This document shows, piece by piece, positions 11,410-21,687 of a stretch of DNA of 64,000 nt. The notes under the pieces were generated by a model, which ran no database searches, had not been told where the DNA came from, and saw nothing but the letters and a program-made list of their open reading frames with translations. Position 1 is the stretch's first letter. Each line of letters starts with the position of its first letter. The translations under genes were made by a program, and so were the position numbers. This DNA is from an uncultured delta proteobacterium (GTDB taxonomy: Bacteria > Desulfobacterota > Binatia > UBA9968). The stretch covers positions 96,001 to 160,000 of the forward strand of contig CAVXEP010000002.1 of assembly GCA_963760795.1 (NCBI GenBank), read 5' to 3'.

Positions 11410-11721
11410 CTAACGCCATGCCGCGTCAGCTGGAATCAGATTCTTGCCGAAGCGGCGCTCCGGCGGCGCGGCCAGCCAAGGCTGAGTCTTCTCGGCGTAA
11501 TACTTGAAGTGCGGCGTCTCGCGGTGGGCCGCCAACGCCGCCTCATCGCGATAGATTTCATAGAAATAGAAACGATTGGCATCGTCGCGGTCTTGAATCA
11601 CGTCGAAGCGCAGGCAGCCGGCCTCATCCTTTTCCGAATGCTCGGCATCGTAGCGGACCACTTCCAAGAACTCCGCAACATGCTCCGGCTTCACTTGAAT
11701 CGTCACATGCAAAATAATCAT
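11410..11721 (-). CDS. ABM-domain (LsrG/quinol monooxygenase-like) protein
   Basis: EAGCLRFDVIQD, FYFYEIYRDEAALAAHRETPHF. Confidence 0.85.
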   Translation of the reverse strand: MIILHVTIQVKPEHVAEFLEVVRYDAEHSEKDEAGCLRFDVIQDRDDANRFYFYEIYRDEAALAAHRETPHFKYYAEKTQPWLAAPPERRFGKNLIPADAAWR

Positions 11722-11891
11722 CGCAACCTCCCGCTAGAATCGATCAAGGAGTTAGGAATAAAGAATAGTAAACATTTCTGACATCTGACTGCCGAATGCC
11801 GCTTGCCCCCTTGCTATCTCAGCTACTCGATCTTGTCCAGTATCGCGCCGTTTGTTAAACCGACTGGACAACCACCCGCGACATGGAGTAA

Positions 11892-12226
11892 ATGACAAGC
11901 GAAAGCGGGTTTCTCATGATGATCGTACTGCTGATAATCCAGGGGCTTCTCGCCGTCGCTCTGCTCGGCGCTATCACGCACCAGGCCATCGGCGTCTGGC
12001 TGCCGGTTCGCCCAGGTCCCGAGTTTTTCAAATCCAAAGACGGTCGAAGCCATGAACTGGTACGGTTGGTCGCCAGCGCCGCCCTCGGCGCATGGGTCAT
12101 CGCGGCGGTGACTTCGTGACTACCGGGCGCTGTCAGCGCGCGCATCGGGCCGCTGTGGTCGTGGTTGATCCCGTCGCTCGTCATGATAAATTTCGCCTAT
12201 CTACTCAGGAGCTTTTTCTTGCGATA
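11892..12226 (+). pseudogene. Probable degenerate small membrane-protein gene
   Basis: Hydrophobic ORF MMIVLLIIQGLLAVALLGAITHQ is interrupted by TGA at 12117-12119; hydrophobic reading continues in frame (…PLWSWLIPSLVMINFAYLLRSFFLR*). Confidence 0.35.
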
Positions 12227-12258
12227 AGAACTTCGGGAGCTGCCAATAGAAAACGGGG

Positions 12259-12675
12259 ATGTTTATGAAATCACCTACCGCCCGCGCCAATCTTGCCGCC
12301 ACTCTTTTCGCCTATTTGCTTTTGGCTCTTTCCAGCGCGGCGTTCGCCGGCGGCGAAGCCGGCGCGGACGATCACGACCATGACGACGGGCCCAATTACT
12401 TTGGCTTCGTCAAGGATACCGCGGGCAAGACCATCCGTGACGCCAAAGTCACCGCCGATATCAAAGGCCGGCCTTCCATCGTCGCCCGTACCAACGCCGC
12501 CGGCGCCTATCGCATCCCCGGCTTCGGCAAAGATATCTCGCCCACCAACGTAACCATCTCCTGCGTCAAAGAAGGTTACAAACAAGCCAAGACGCTGCTC
12601 AAGACGCGCCCGAGCAAAACCCCGCCCACCGCCGTCGAGATCGAATGCACCATGCAGCGGATCGGCGCGAAGTAG
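12259..12675 (+). CDS. Secreted carboxypeptidase-regulatory-like (beta-sandwich) domain protein
   Basis: Signal peptide, acidic/His linker DDHDHDDG, GFVKDTAGKTIRDAKVT and TNAAGAYRIPG. Confidence 0.7.
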   Translation: MFMKSPTARANLAATLFAYLLLALSSAAFAGGEAGADDHDHDDGPNYFGFVKDTAGKTIRDAKVTADIKGRPSIVARTNAAGAYRIPGFGKDISPTNVTISCVKEGYKQAKTLLKTRPSKTPPTAVEIECTMQRIGAK

Positions 12676-12730
12676 CCGCGATCACGATCAGACGCCGCGC
12701 TGAAACTCCGCCATGCCACGGTTGCCATCC

Positions 12731-12757
12731 GTCATTCCCACGCTCGCGGGAATCCAG
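12731..12757. repeat. GTCATTCCC...GGGAATCCA-type REP palindrome
   Basis: GTCATTCCCACGCTCGCGGGAATCCAG hairpin. Confidence 0.6.
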
Positions 12758-12768
12758 CTTCGCCGTGA

Positions 12769-13761
12769 TTGGCAGTACGGGTTCATTGTCTCGCTCGTCT
12801 TACTTCTACGCTCAGTGTTCAAGCCGAAGCTGCCGCGCAATCCATTCCACTGCGCTACGGCCAGGCGATTTCCGCGGCTAAGAGCATCTTCTCGCTGCCG
12901 ATCTTCGTCGGCGAACGGGAAGGTTTCTTTCGCCGCGCAGGTTTGAACTTCAAAATTATCATTCCGCTCCCCGGCGGTTCGGACAAGATGATCGACGCGC
13001 TGCATGACGACACCGTCGATGTCACCCATGTCGCCGTGCCGTTTTTGATCCGCGCCGCGCTCAATGGCTCCGACGCGGTCGCCATCGCTGCCGAGTTCAC
13101 CAATCCGATCTACAGTCTGGTGGTCAAACCGGAAATCAAAAACTTCGCCGATCTCAAAGGCAAATTGATCGGCCTGGCCGACGAGGCTGGGACGATTTCA
13201 ATCTCGACACGCAGATTGCTGGCGTTGCATGGCGTGAACAACGGCGACTTTCGCGTCAAAATCATCGAAGGCACACCGACGCGCTGGAACTGTCTCAAAC
13301 GCGGCGAGTGTGACGCCGTGCCGCTCGGCCAGCCGCAGGACTTGATCGCCGAGAAAGAAGGATTTCGCGTCCTGGGAATTTCCAACGACGCCGTGCCCGA
13401 CTTTCTCTACACCGTGACGGCCGTGCGCCGCTCCTGGGCGGAGAAAAATCGCGACGCCGTGGTGCGCTACATCCGCGCGCTCGGCGCTACGTTCAAGTTC
13501 ATCCGCGATCCGGCCAACCGTAAATCGGTCGTGAAAACCATCGTCGAAACCACCGACACCCCAGCCGACATCGCCCAGCAAACCCTCGCGCTGTTTTTCG
13601 AACCTGAACGACATGTCCTGCCCGTGCAAGGCGAGATCAACGTCAATGGCCTCGGCCAAGTGATCGCATTCATGGCTGAAGCCGGGTTGTTGAAACAGCC
13701 CTTGCCCACTGCCGACCGTTTCGTCGAACTCAAGTATCTTCAAGCCGCTGGCGTAAAATAA
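12769..13761 (+). CDS. NMT1/SsuA-like ABC substrate-binding protein (paralog of 50499-51494)
   Basis: LRYGQ, EREGFF, NPIYSLVVKPEIKNFADLKGKLIGL; signal peptide may lie in a shifted frame. Confidence 0.85.
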   Translation: MAVRVHCLARLTSTLSVQAEAAAQSIPLRYGQAISAAKSIFSLPIFVGEREGFFRRAGLNFKIIIPLPGGSDKMIDALHDDTVDVTHVAVPFLIRAALNGSDAVAIAAEFTNPIYSLVVKPEIKNFADLKGKLIGLADEAGTISISTRRLLALHGVNNGDFRVKIIEGTPTRWNCLKRGECDAVPLGQPQDLIAEKEGFRVLGISNDAVPDFLYTVTAVRRSWAEKNRDAVVRYIRALGATFKFIRDPANRKSVVKTIVETTDTPADIAQQTLALFFEPERHVLPVQGEINVNGLGQVIAFMAEAGLLKQPLPTADRFVELKYLQAAGVK

Positions 13762-13810
13762 TTTCTGCTCGCCAGACTTTGCGTGCTTTACGTCTTGACG
13801 CGGATAATTC

Positions 13811-14968
13811 GTGTCGAACCTTGCAGCGTTGCCAGAATACGCGACTCCAGTTCGACAATTTTCGGTTGCACGACGCGAAGCAGCTGTAGTAGACCTACGG
13901 CCAATCAAGATCGCCATGATCATGCGGGAAATCTCCAAAAAGCAATCGTCGTCGCACTGCGGAGAGCGCGGTATTCGAAGTATCGTCCGATTGTTACCTC
14001 TAAGAAACCGCTGGCCTATCCACCTGATGGTTTGCGCCGCAATGATCGGCGCTACCTGGCCGAAAGTCGTGACGGCGGCGGTAAGCCGCCCGCTGCGCAT
14101 CACCTACTTGAGCAATTCGGTAACCATGGCGCCGCTCTGGATGGCCAAGGAAACCGGCGCCATCGCTAAAGAAGGTCTCGATGTCGAGATCTTGTCGATG
14201 ACCGCCAGCGTGGCGGTACCGGCGCTGCTCGCCAACGAACTCGATGCCGTGCAGATGTCCGCCGCGCCGGTGCTGACGGCAGCGCTGCGCGGCCATGATC
14301 TGGTGTTCATCTGTGGCCTGCTCAATACCATGATTTGGAATTTTTACGGCCGTCCCGGCATCGCCAACGCCGAGGCGCTGCGCGGCAAAATTGTCGGCAC
14401 CGACAGACCGGCAACGCCTGGCGGTTATGCCACTCTGGTTTCCCTGAAGAAGATCGGCCTTGGCGCCAAAGATGTTCAGCTGTTTCCGGTGGGCAGCAGC
14501 GTGTATGTGATCGCCGCGCTCCATGCCGGCCAGGTCATGGCCGGTATCGCCAGCCCGCCGGCGAGTTTCCAATTGGAAAAAATGGGCTATCACCAGCTGA
14601 CCAGCCTATTGGATGTGCCCTATCAAAACGTCGGCATCGTCATCCGCCGCAGTCGCTTCGACGAGTTGAGGGGCCGGCTACTGCCACTGTTGCGCAGCTT
14701 GCGCAGCGGTATCGATCGCTACAATGGCGACAAAAACTTCAGCCTCAAAGTGATCGCCAAATACAACAAGGAAACCGATCCCGATGCGCTGGACCGGTCC
14801 TATGAATTTTACCGCCGCGCCGGCTTTCGCCGCGAGCTGACGATCTCCGAGCCCGGCGTCCAGGGCATGCTCGACTTTTTATCCGAGACGATTCCCGAAG
14901 CGAAGAAAGCCAAACCGGCGCAGTTTTTCGACGACCGTTTGGTCAAGCAGCTGGACGCGGGCAAATGA
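13811..14968 (+). CDS. NMT1/SsuA-like ABC substrate-binding protein
   Basis: APLWMAKETG..KEGLDVE, LRGKIVGT, C-terminal QFFDDRLVKQLD; true start probably downstream. Confidence 0.8.
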   Translation: MSNLAALPEYATPVRQFSVARREAAVVDLRPIKIAMIMREISKKQSSSHCGERGIRSIVRLLPLRNRWPIHLMVCAAMIGATWPKVVTAAVSRPLRITYLSNSVTMAPLWMAKETGAIAKEGLDVEILSMTASVAVPALLANELDAVQMSAAPVLTAALRGHDLVFICGLLNTMIWNFYGRPGIANAEALRGKIVGTDRPATPGGYATLVSLKKIGLGAKDVQLFPVGSSVYVIAALHAGQVMAGIASPPASFQLEKMGYHQLTSLLDVPYQNVGIVIRRSRFDELRGRLLPLLRSLRSGIDRYNGDKNFSLKVIAKYNKETDPDALDRSYEFYRRAGFRRELTISEPGVQGMLDFLSETIPEAKKAKPAQFFDDRLVKQLDAGK

Positions 14969-15114
14969 GAAAGAATCCCTTCACCACGAAGAGCCCGAAG
15001 GCTTCGGCTATTAAGTATTCCGACCTTCGTGACCTTCGTGGTGAGCTCGGAATTTTGTTGCCTGTACCGCGCAACTATCGGCTATGGTAAGGCAAATCAT
15101 CGGAGGGAAAAGCC

Positions 15115-16320
15115 ATGGACAATTTCGACAATGTGCTGGTGATCGACGCCGACGGCCATGTGTCTGAGGGCGAGATCGATTTCGCCAAACGATTGCCCGA
15201 CAAGTGGCGTTCTCAAGCGCCGATCAGAGTCAAAGACAACCTCGGCTACACGCGTAATCTCATCGAAGGGCGGATCTGGTCGCCCTCCCAGGGACCGGCG
15301 CCGGGAGTCACCGGGCCATTCACCGAGAAAGCCCGCAAGTCGCGCCCCGGCATGACGGACCCGCTCGCCCGGTTGAAAGACATGGACTTGGAAGGCATCG
15401 ACGTGGCGATTTTATTCGGCACACCGATCGCGCTCACCGTCAACGGACTGATGAACGGCGAGTTCGCCGCGGCGTTGTGCCGAGTGGTGAACGATTGGTT
15501 GCTGGAGTATTGCTCGGCGAACCCCCAACGGCTGCGCGCCGTCGGCTTGATTCCTTGCCAAGCACCGGAGCTGGCGGTTAAGGAATTGGACTATCTCGCC
15601 AGGGGCGGCGCCATCTCCGCCATGTTGCCGACCAACGTTTATGGTTGGAACCTGGGGGATCCGATGTTCATGCCGATCTATGAAGCAGCGGAAACACTCG
15701 GCATGACTCTGAGCGTCCATCCGCAGACGGGCCATGAAGGCATACCGGGTGTCTCCGGCGTGATGGCCGCCGGCAGCCCGCGCTTTTTCAAGTACCCTTA
15801 CGTGCACATGACCGCGTTCGTTTTCGAGCTGATGATCGCCATGATGCATATGATCGGTGAAGGGGTTTTCGATCGCTTCCCTAAACTCAGAGTCGGCTTC
15901 ATGGAAGGCGGCGCCGGCTGGCTGCCGTTCTGGATGGAGCGTTTCGACGAACATCTGGAAAAGCTCGCGCCGCAGATGCCCGACTTGAAGCGCCGGCCGA
16001 GCGAGATCATCAAGTGCGAGCAGTTAATCGTTACCTGTGAATCGGAAGAGAGCGGCCTCGACCGCGTGCTCCAAGCGCGCGGCGCCGGCACGGTGTGCTA
16101 CGCTTCCGATTATTGCCATTGGGATTGCAACTTCCCCGACTCGGTGAAGGATATCGTTGAAGCGCGCGATTTGAGCTTTGAACAGAAAGAAAGCATTCTC
16201 GGCGGCAACGCCAGCGTTTTTTTTCAAATGAAAAACCTCCCCCAACCGAGCGCCATAAAGATCGCCCGGCGGACTTGGGAGACGGCAACCGACAAAAGCG
16301 CGGCCTACGGCGGACGTTAG
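15115..16320 (+). CDS. Amidohydrolase_2 family metallo-hydrolase/decarboxylase
   Basis: IDADGH, RLKDMDLEGID, GVFDRFPKLRVGFMEGGAGW, YASDYCHWD; SD GGAGG. Confidence 0.9.
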   Translation: MDNFDNVLVIDADGHVSEGEIDFAKRLPDKWRSQAPIRVKDNLGYTRNLIEGRIWSPSQGPAPGVTGPFTEKARKSRPGMTDPLARLKDMDLEGIDVAILFGTPIALTVNGLMNGEFAAALCRVVNDWLLEYCSANPQRLRAVGLIPCQAPELAVKELDYLARGGAISAMLPTNVYGWNLGDPMFMPIYEAAETLGMTLSVHPQTGHEGIPGVSGVMAAGSPRFFKYPYVHMTAFVFELMIAMMHMIGEGVFDRFPKLRVGFMEGGAGWLPFWMERFDEHLEKLAPQMPDLKRRPSEIIKCEQLIVTCESEESGLDRVLQARGAGTVCYASDYCHWDCNFPDSVKDIVEARDLSFEQKESILGGNASVFFQMKNLPQPSAIKIARRTWETATDKSAAYGGR

Positions 16321-16415
16321 GGCCTGTGCCCTAGCGCGGCAAGCCGCCGAACTTCGCGTCTTTGCGACTTTGCGGGAGAAATATCCGAATCCGAAATTCC
16401 CAAAGGAGTGAAACC

Positions 16416-17459
16416 ATGAGCAAGATAACCGCCATCGATGCCGACGGCCATGTCATCGAGAGAGAAAGCGAAATCCGCAAACACTTAAAAGCGCCGTGGA
16501 ATCTGCGCACGACGGCGCTGCGGCCGGGCGACCAGCCCTGGGATAATTATATGTTCGGCCGCTTCGTCACCGAGCTGACCTGGAGCAAGCTGTCGGCGCG
16601 CGAGCAGGTCGGTAAGTGGCACGACATTCTCGACGAGCATGGCATCGAGACCGCGGTCTGTTTTCCCACCGGCTCGGGCAGCGTCGTCCGTCTTCAGGAG
16701 CTCCAGTTCCAGATCGCCGTGGCGCGCGCCTGCAACGATCACTTCGCCGCCGACTACAATGCGCTGTCCAAGCGCGTCAAATGCGTCGGCGTGTTACCGC
16801 TGCGCTCGCCCCAGGCGGCGGCGGAAGAATTAGAACGCGCGGTAAAAGTATTGGGCATCACCGCCTTCGAGATTCTCCCGGTCGGTTTACCGCTCGCACT
16901 CGGTGATTCCTTCTACGACCCGGTTTACGCGGCGGCGGAACGCTGCGGCGCGGTGCTCGGCATTCACGGCACCCGCAGTTGGTCGCGCGAGCTCGGCGCC
17001 GAGGGGTTGAACACGTTCGCCGAAGTGCATGCCTACGCGTTTACCGCCGGCATCCTGCTCCAGTTCACCAGCATGATCTGCCAAGGCGTGCCGGTGCGTT
17101 TTCCCAAGCTGCGCTTCGCCTTCCTGGAGATCGGCGCCACCTGGCTGCCCTACTATTTGGACCGTCTCGACGAGCACTGGGAGAAACGCGCCGAAGTCGA
17201 GATGCCGCTGCTGAAAGAAAAACCCAGCGACTTGGTGCGCAAGTCGGAAGTCTATTTCAGCATCGAGCCCGGCGAGTCGCAATTGCCCCAGACCATCGAC
17301 TACGTCGGCGCAGATCATTTTGTCTGGGCGTCGGATATTCCCCACTGGGACTGCGAGTTCCCCGGCAACTTAGAACATCTGCGCAACCACGCGGTGCTGT
17401 CCGAAGACGTGAAGGAGAAGATCCTGTACAAAAACGCCAAGCGGCTGTTCAATCTGTGA
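16416..17459 (+). CDS. Amidohydrolase_2 family metallo-hydrolase/decarboxylase (tandem paralog)
   Basis: IDADGH, RFPKLRFAFLEIGATW, WASDIPHWD; SD AGGAG. Confidence 0.9.
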   Translation: MSKITAIDADGHVIERESEIRKHLKAPWNLRTTALRPGDQPWDNYMFGRFVTELTWSKLSAREQVGKWHDILDEHGIETAVCFPTGSGSVVRLQELQFQIAVARACNDHFAADYNALSKRVKCVGVLPLRSPQAAAEELERAVKVLGITAFEILPVGLPLALGDSFYDPVYAAAERCGAVLGIHGTRSWSRELGAEGLNTFAEVHAYAFTAGILLQFTSMICQGVPVRFPKLRFAFLEIGATWLPYYLDRLDEHWEKRAEVEMPLLKEKPSDLVRKSEVYFSIEPGESQLPQTIDYVGADHFVWASDIPHWDCEFPGNLEHLRNHAVLSEDVKEKILYKNAKRLFNL

Positions 17460-17631
17460 CTTTTTAACCGCCCACGCCAATGTCAACAGTTTTTCGCTGT
17501 GGTAGACGACATCAGCGTATTTAAAATTTCTTGGATCACCGGGCGGCGATCGAAAGGGCGTGAAATAATTGTCGGCCCCCGATTTCTTGTGACATCTATC
17601 CTTTTGGGCTCCACTGCCAGGGGAGGCTGTA

Positions 17632-19794
17632 ATGTCCGAAAGATTATTTGAACGCTTGCGCAAATCGTTAACCACCGCGTTTGCAGTCGCAGCGGGGATT
17701 CTGGTTTGTGCTGCGCCGCTGACTGCGCGCATTACCAAAATCGTCATTGACGAAAAAATCTCGCCGGCTTTTTGCAAAGGCGCGGCGTGCGCCGCTTACG
17801 GCGACGCAGGTCAATACGAGCAAATCGCCGGCCGCGCATTCGGCGAGCTCGATCCCGGCGATCCGCTCAACAAAATTATTCAGGATATCGCGCTCGGCAA
17901 AGACCCGGACGGCAAGGTCCGCTACGTCGCAAGTTTTGTCATCACCAAGCCCGTTGACATGTCCAAAGCGAGCGGCCTGATGTGGCACGACGTGCCCAAT
18001 CGCGGCCGCCCGCTCACCATCACGCCGATGGAGCGCGGCTTCGGCGATGTCGGGCTCGCGAGCGCGTGGCAGGGCGACAACGCCAGCATGCGCGAAGGAC
18101 TCGGCACCGCCGTGCGCCCCACGATGAGCACGGAAGGCAATCACTGGTTGCAGGTTCCGGTCGCAAAAAATCCGGACGGCTCCCCCATTACTGGTCCGGT
18201 CATGGGCCGCATCGTCAACCGTTCCGGCCCCGGCGCGCAGCCGTTGATCATACAAACCAACCCCCTGCCCTATATGCCGGCGAGCCTCGATACGTCGAAA
18301 GCGACGCTCGTCACACGCGATCACGAATCGATGGAAGGCGTCGTCACCGGTGAAACATCGATCGCGGGCGCGGACTGGAAATTCTGCGGCGGCGGCACGT
18401 TCGATGCGCCGCTGCCGCTGACGAAACTGCCGGTGCAGATTTGTCTCAAGGGCGGCTTCAATCCGGCAAAGCTCTATCAAGTGGTGTACACCGCGAAAGA
18501 TCCGTACGTTCTCGGCATCGGTTTCGCTGCGTGGCGCGATGTCGCTTCGTTCTTCAAATTCGCGGAAAAGGACGATGCCGGCACCGTGAATCCGCTCGCA
18601 GGTCGCATCACGAAGAGCATCACGCGCGGCCGCTCGCAGTCCGGCAATTACCTGAGGGGCTGGCTGCATCTCGGTTTCAATCAGGACGAAGCGAAGCGTC
18701 AGGTGCACGACGGCATGTGGCCCATCATCGCGGGCCGCCGGATCGCGCTCAACTTCCGCTGGGCGCAGCCGGATGGCGCGCTCGCGCTCTATATGGCCGG
18801 CAGCGAAGGGCCGCAATGGTGGGTGCCCTACCCCGACGAGACGCGCGGCCTGCCGACGCGCAGCATCCTTGACCGCTGCAACGCGACCAAGACCTGCCCG
18901 AAAATTATCGAGCATTTCGGCGCTGCAGAAATCTGGGGCCTGAAGCTCAGCCCCGAATGGGTGGGCACGAATCCGAAGGAAGACATACCGCTGCCCGACA
19001 ACGTGCGCCGCTATTACATCGGCAGCACCATGCACGGTGGCGGCGTGGGCGGGTTCGACACCAGCCTGCCCGCCGTCGCGCTCGCGGCGAAGCCCGTCGA
19101 ATGCGAAGGCAACAACGCCGGCGTCGGCGCGCTGCCCACCAATCCGATGCCGCACACCGAGACGGTCAATGCGCTGACGGTGCATTTTCGCGACTGGGTC
19201 ATACGCAACATGCCGCCGCCCGCGAGCCGCTATCCGACACTACGCGAGCGCCAACTCGTGGACGGCAATAAAACCGCGATGGGTTTCCCGACGCTTCCGG
19301 GGTTGCGCGCGAGCATGCCCGAGCCGGGCTTCATCAATCCGGTGCTGGACTACGACTGGGGCCCCAGCTTCGATCCGAACGACGGATCGGGCGTGCCGAG
19401 CAATGCTGTGCCGCCCATTAAGCAGGTCATCAAATCGTTGGTGCCGAAAGTCGACGCCGACGGCAATGAAATCGGCGGCGTGCCGGTCGTGCTGCGCGAG
19501 GCGCCGCTCGGCACCTATCTCGGATGGAACATCATCGCCGACGGCACACGGCCGTTCCACAAGGGCAAGCTTTGCGGGAACGCCGGCAGCATTATCCCTT
19601 TCGCAAAAACCAAAGCCGAGCGCTTGGCCAACAGCGACCCGCGCTTGTCGCTCGAAGAGCGTTATATCGACCACGCGGGTTACGTCACCGCAGTCAGAAA
19701 AGCCGCGGCCAACGCGGTTGCGCAGAAGTTCCTGCTGCAGAAGGATGCCGATGCGCTGATCGCCGCGGCGGATGGGAGTAATGTTTTGAAGTAG
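17632..19794 (+). CDS. Secreted alpha/beta-hydrolase domain protein
   Basis: Signal peptide; nucleophile elbow GRSQSG; DVPNRG, PKVDADGNE, DPRLSLEERY motifs. Confidence 0.8.
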   Translation: MSERLFERLRKSLTTAFAVAAGILVCAAPLTARITKIVIDEKISPAFCKGAACAAYGDAGQYEQIAGRAFGELDPGDPLNKIIQDIALGKDPDGKVRYVASFVITKPVDMSKASGLMWHDVPNRGRPLTITPMERGFGDVGLASAWQGDNASMREGLGTAVRPTMSTEGNHWLQVPVAKNPDGSPITGPVMGRIVNRSGPGAQPLIIQTNPLPYMPASLDTSKATLVTRDHESMEGVVTGETSIAGADWKFCGGGTFDAPLPLTKLPVQICLKGGFNPAKLYQVVYTAKDPYVLGIGFAAWRDVASFFKFAEKDDAGTVNPLAGRITKSITRGRSQSGNYLRGWLHLGFNQDEAKRQVHDGMWPIIAGRRIALNFRWAQPDGALALYMAGSEGPQWWVPYPDETRGLPTRSILDRCNATKTCPKIIEHFGAAEIWGLKLSPEWVGTNPKEDIPLPDNVRRYYIGSTMHGGGVGGFDTSLPAVALAAKPVECEGNNAGVGALPTNPMPHTETVNALTVHFRDWVIRNMPPPASRYPTLRERQLVDGNKTAMGFPTLPGLRASMPEPGFINPVLDYDWGPSFDPNDGSGVPSNAVPPIKQVIKSLVPKVDADGNEIGGVPVVLREAPLGTYLGWNIIADGTRPFHKGKLCGNAGSIIPFAKTKAERLANSDPRLSLEERYIDHAGYVTAVRKAAANAVAQKFLLQKDADALIAAADGSNVLK

Positions 19795-20045
19795 GCATCA
19801 GCTGGAAAGCCGCATGGGGGTTTCAGGCTTCGGGTCAGAGTACATTTTTATCGCCGGCGACCAACAAGGCTCGAAAGGATATCCCTGACGAAGATTTATT
19901 TGACCAGCCGGTGACCCAGTCGGCCGACAGTTTGTTGACGTCGGAACGGAGGAAAGCGAGCAGCGCCAAGAAAATAAATTTCATAGGTGAAGGGTGAAAT
20001 CGATTTAAATTCCCATCACTCGTCACCGCAAGGGAGGTAAATCCA

Positions 20046-21035
20046 ATGCGCCATTTATGTCGGATGATATTCCCTCTCGTGGCATTGATCGTCGCGATGC
20101 CAGGCGCGGGCGCCCACGCGCAGGACAATCCGTACCGTATCGAAGAGGGTTGGGCGAAATTCCCCGATGGCAGAAAGTGGGGATCCACGTCCGCGGTCGA
20201 CGTCGATCGGGACGGCAACATCTGGGTTTTTGAGAGATGCGGCGAGCGCACCTGTGCCGGTTCGAACCTTGCGCCGATATTCATGTTTGATCGGTCCGGC
20301 AAGCCGGTGAAATCGTTTGGCGCAGGATTGTTCGTGTTCCCTCACGGCATGCATGTCGACAAAGACGGCAACGTGTGGGTGACTGACGCAGAGGGAAAAG
20401 ACGGCAAGGGCCACCAGGTTGTCAAATTCAGCCCGGATGGAAAGGTCTTGCTGGCCCTCGGAAAAGCGGGTGTTACAGGAGACGGCCCGGACACCTTCAA
20501 TCGGCCCTCGGCTGTCGTCACCGCTCCGAATGGCGACATTTTCGTCGCCGACGGACATGGCGGTGATTCCAATGCGCGCATCGTTAAGTTCTCGAAGGAC
20601 GGAAAGTTCATCAAGGCGTGGGGAAGAAAAGGGTCGGCCCCGGGCGAGTTCGCCGATCTCCACGCCATTGCTCTCGATTCCACAGGGAGGGTGTTTGTCG
20701 GCGACCGCGGCAACGGCCGCATCCAGATTTTCGACCAGGACGGCAAATTTCTCGGGGAGTGGAAGCAATTCGGCCGGCCGAGCGGGATCTTTATAGACCG
20801 GAACGACATAATTTATGTGGCCGATTCCCAGTCGGATGCGAAGCGAAACCCCGGGTTCAAGCGGGGCATTAGGATCGGCAGCGCCAAAGACGGTTCAGTG
20901 CACGCGCTGATTCCAGGCGTCGGAACGGAGCCGGACAAAGAGTCCGTGCCGGAAGGCGTGGCGGCGGATACCATGGGCAACGTATACGGCGCGGAAACCA
21001 GCGCCAACGATTTGAGGAAGTACGTCAAGAAGTAG
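20046..21035 (+). CDS. NHL-repeat peptidyl-alpha-hydroxyglycine alpha-amidating lyase-like protein
   Basis: Signal peptide; repeated PHGMHVDKDGNVWVTD, IFVADGH, VFVGDRGNGRIQIFD NHL blades. Confidence 0.85.
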   Translation: MRHLCRMIFPLVALIVAMPGAGAHAQDNPYRIEEGWAKFPDGRKWGSTSAVDVDRDGNIWVFERCGERTCAGSNLAPIFMFDRSGKPVKSFGAGLFVFPHGMHVDKDGNVWVTDAEGKDGKGHQVVKFSPDGKVLLALGKAGVTGDGPDTFNRPSAVVTAPNGDIFVADGHGGDSNARIVKFSKDGKFIKAWGRKGSAPGEFADLHAIALDSTGRVFVGDRGNGRIQIFDQDGKFLGEWKQFGRPSGIFIDRNDIIYVADSQSDAKRNPGFKRGIRIGSAKDGSVHALIPGVGTEPDKESVPEGVAADTMGNVYGAETSANDLRKYVKK

Positions 21036-21132
21036 GCGGGGAACTCCTTACTATTTGCTCCTGACCTTCGTAGTGAAATCTTTCATTCTCAAGTTTTTGC
21101 GGCTTCGCCGCGATGGGATCTTCCGGCTATTT

Positions 21133-21308
21133 CTATTGTGCCAGCATTTTTTCTGGGCTCGATGACCTCCGGCGGAGAATCGAAGATTTCTTTGACCAGC
21201 GCTTCAAGCTCTTCGCCGGAGGTCACCTTGACCTCCATCCGGCCTTTTTTCGCTTCGGCCAACGCCTCAGGGTCGCTCATGGTCTTGAGAAAGGCGTCCC
21301 GTAAGATT
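21133..21308 (-). pseudogene. Displaced 3' fragment of a tctC/Bug-type gene (diverged direct repeat of 36659-36836)
   Basis: Encodes ILRDAFLKTMSDPEALAEAKKGRMEVKVTSGEELEALVKEIFDSPPEVIE, nearly identical to the C-terminus of 36659-37711; no 5' part; similarity extends about 35 bp past the stop. Confidence 0.9.
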
Positions 21309-21512
21309 CATGCCACGACCGACTTGTCCAGCGTAACCTCCTTTGACGGCAGCGACTGGCGGGATTCCCTCTATCAGTTTACGCGATCTCTTGGCTTTGA
21401 GCCGCCCGGCCTGTTCCGTTGCGAGCATCCACCCATTCGGAAGGAAGGCGAGGTCCCACGGGTTGTTCGTGCTCGTAGTTTAGACACACCGATTTTTCCG
21501 ATTATTTAAATA

Positions 21513-21525
21513 AATCAAAAGCTTG
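21513..21525 (+). promoter_or_regulatory. IHF-binding consensus match
   Basis: AATCAA-AAGC-TTG matches WATCAANNNNTTR; preceded by AT tract ATTATTTAAATA. Confidence 0.5.
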
Positions 21526-21545
21526 CGTACCCAGATTTCTACTTT

Positions 21546-21687
21546 ACAGCTCTTGAGGTTTGGGTAGACAGCTGTTTTTGCAGGCCTGGGTAAGCTGTAT
21601 TAAATTCATAAATCAGCTCTACATCTATTGCGACCCAGCTGAATCGCTGATAGAAAGACAGCTCTAACGCAGGATGTTTAGAGCTGA
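21546..21687. repeat. Phased array of seven 8-bp AGCT-core palindromic boxes (period 22-23 bp)
   Basis: Boxes at 21546 ACAGCTCT, 21568 ACAGCTGT, 21591 TAAGCTGT, 21613 TCAGCTCT, 21635 CCAGCTGA, 21658 ACAGCTCT, 21680 AGAGCTGA; unrelated 14-15 bp spacers. Confidence 0.85.
21578..21606 (+). promoter_or_regulatory. Possible sigma70 promoter of the DndB-like gene, inside the box array
   Basis: TTGCAG-N17-TAAATT. Confidence 0.35.

Noticed and set aside
17668-19185. 505-aa antisense ORF (and similar long shadow ORFs elsewhere)
   Set aside because: Opposite a well-supported gene in GC-rich DNA with no recognisable motifs
19835-20000. Possible gene remnant between the hydrolase and NHL genes
   Set aside because: No frame gave a recognisable protein motif
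21520-21523. Eighth AGCT upstream of the array
   Set aside because: 28 bp from the next core (out of phase), flanks do not fit the consensus, and it lies within the IHF-like site
21546-21687. CRISPR array interpretation of the repeat-spacer pattern
   Set aside because: Repeats are only 8 bp and degenerate, spacers are 14-15 bp, and no cas genes are present
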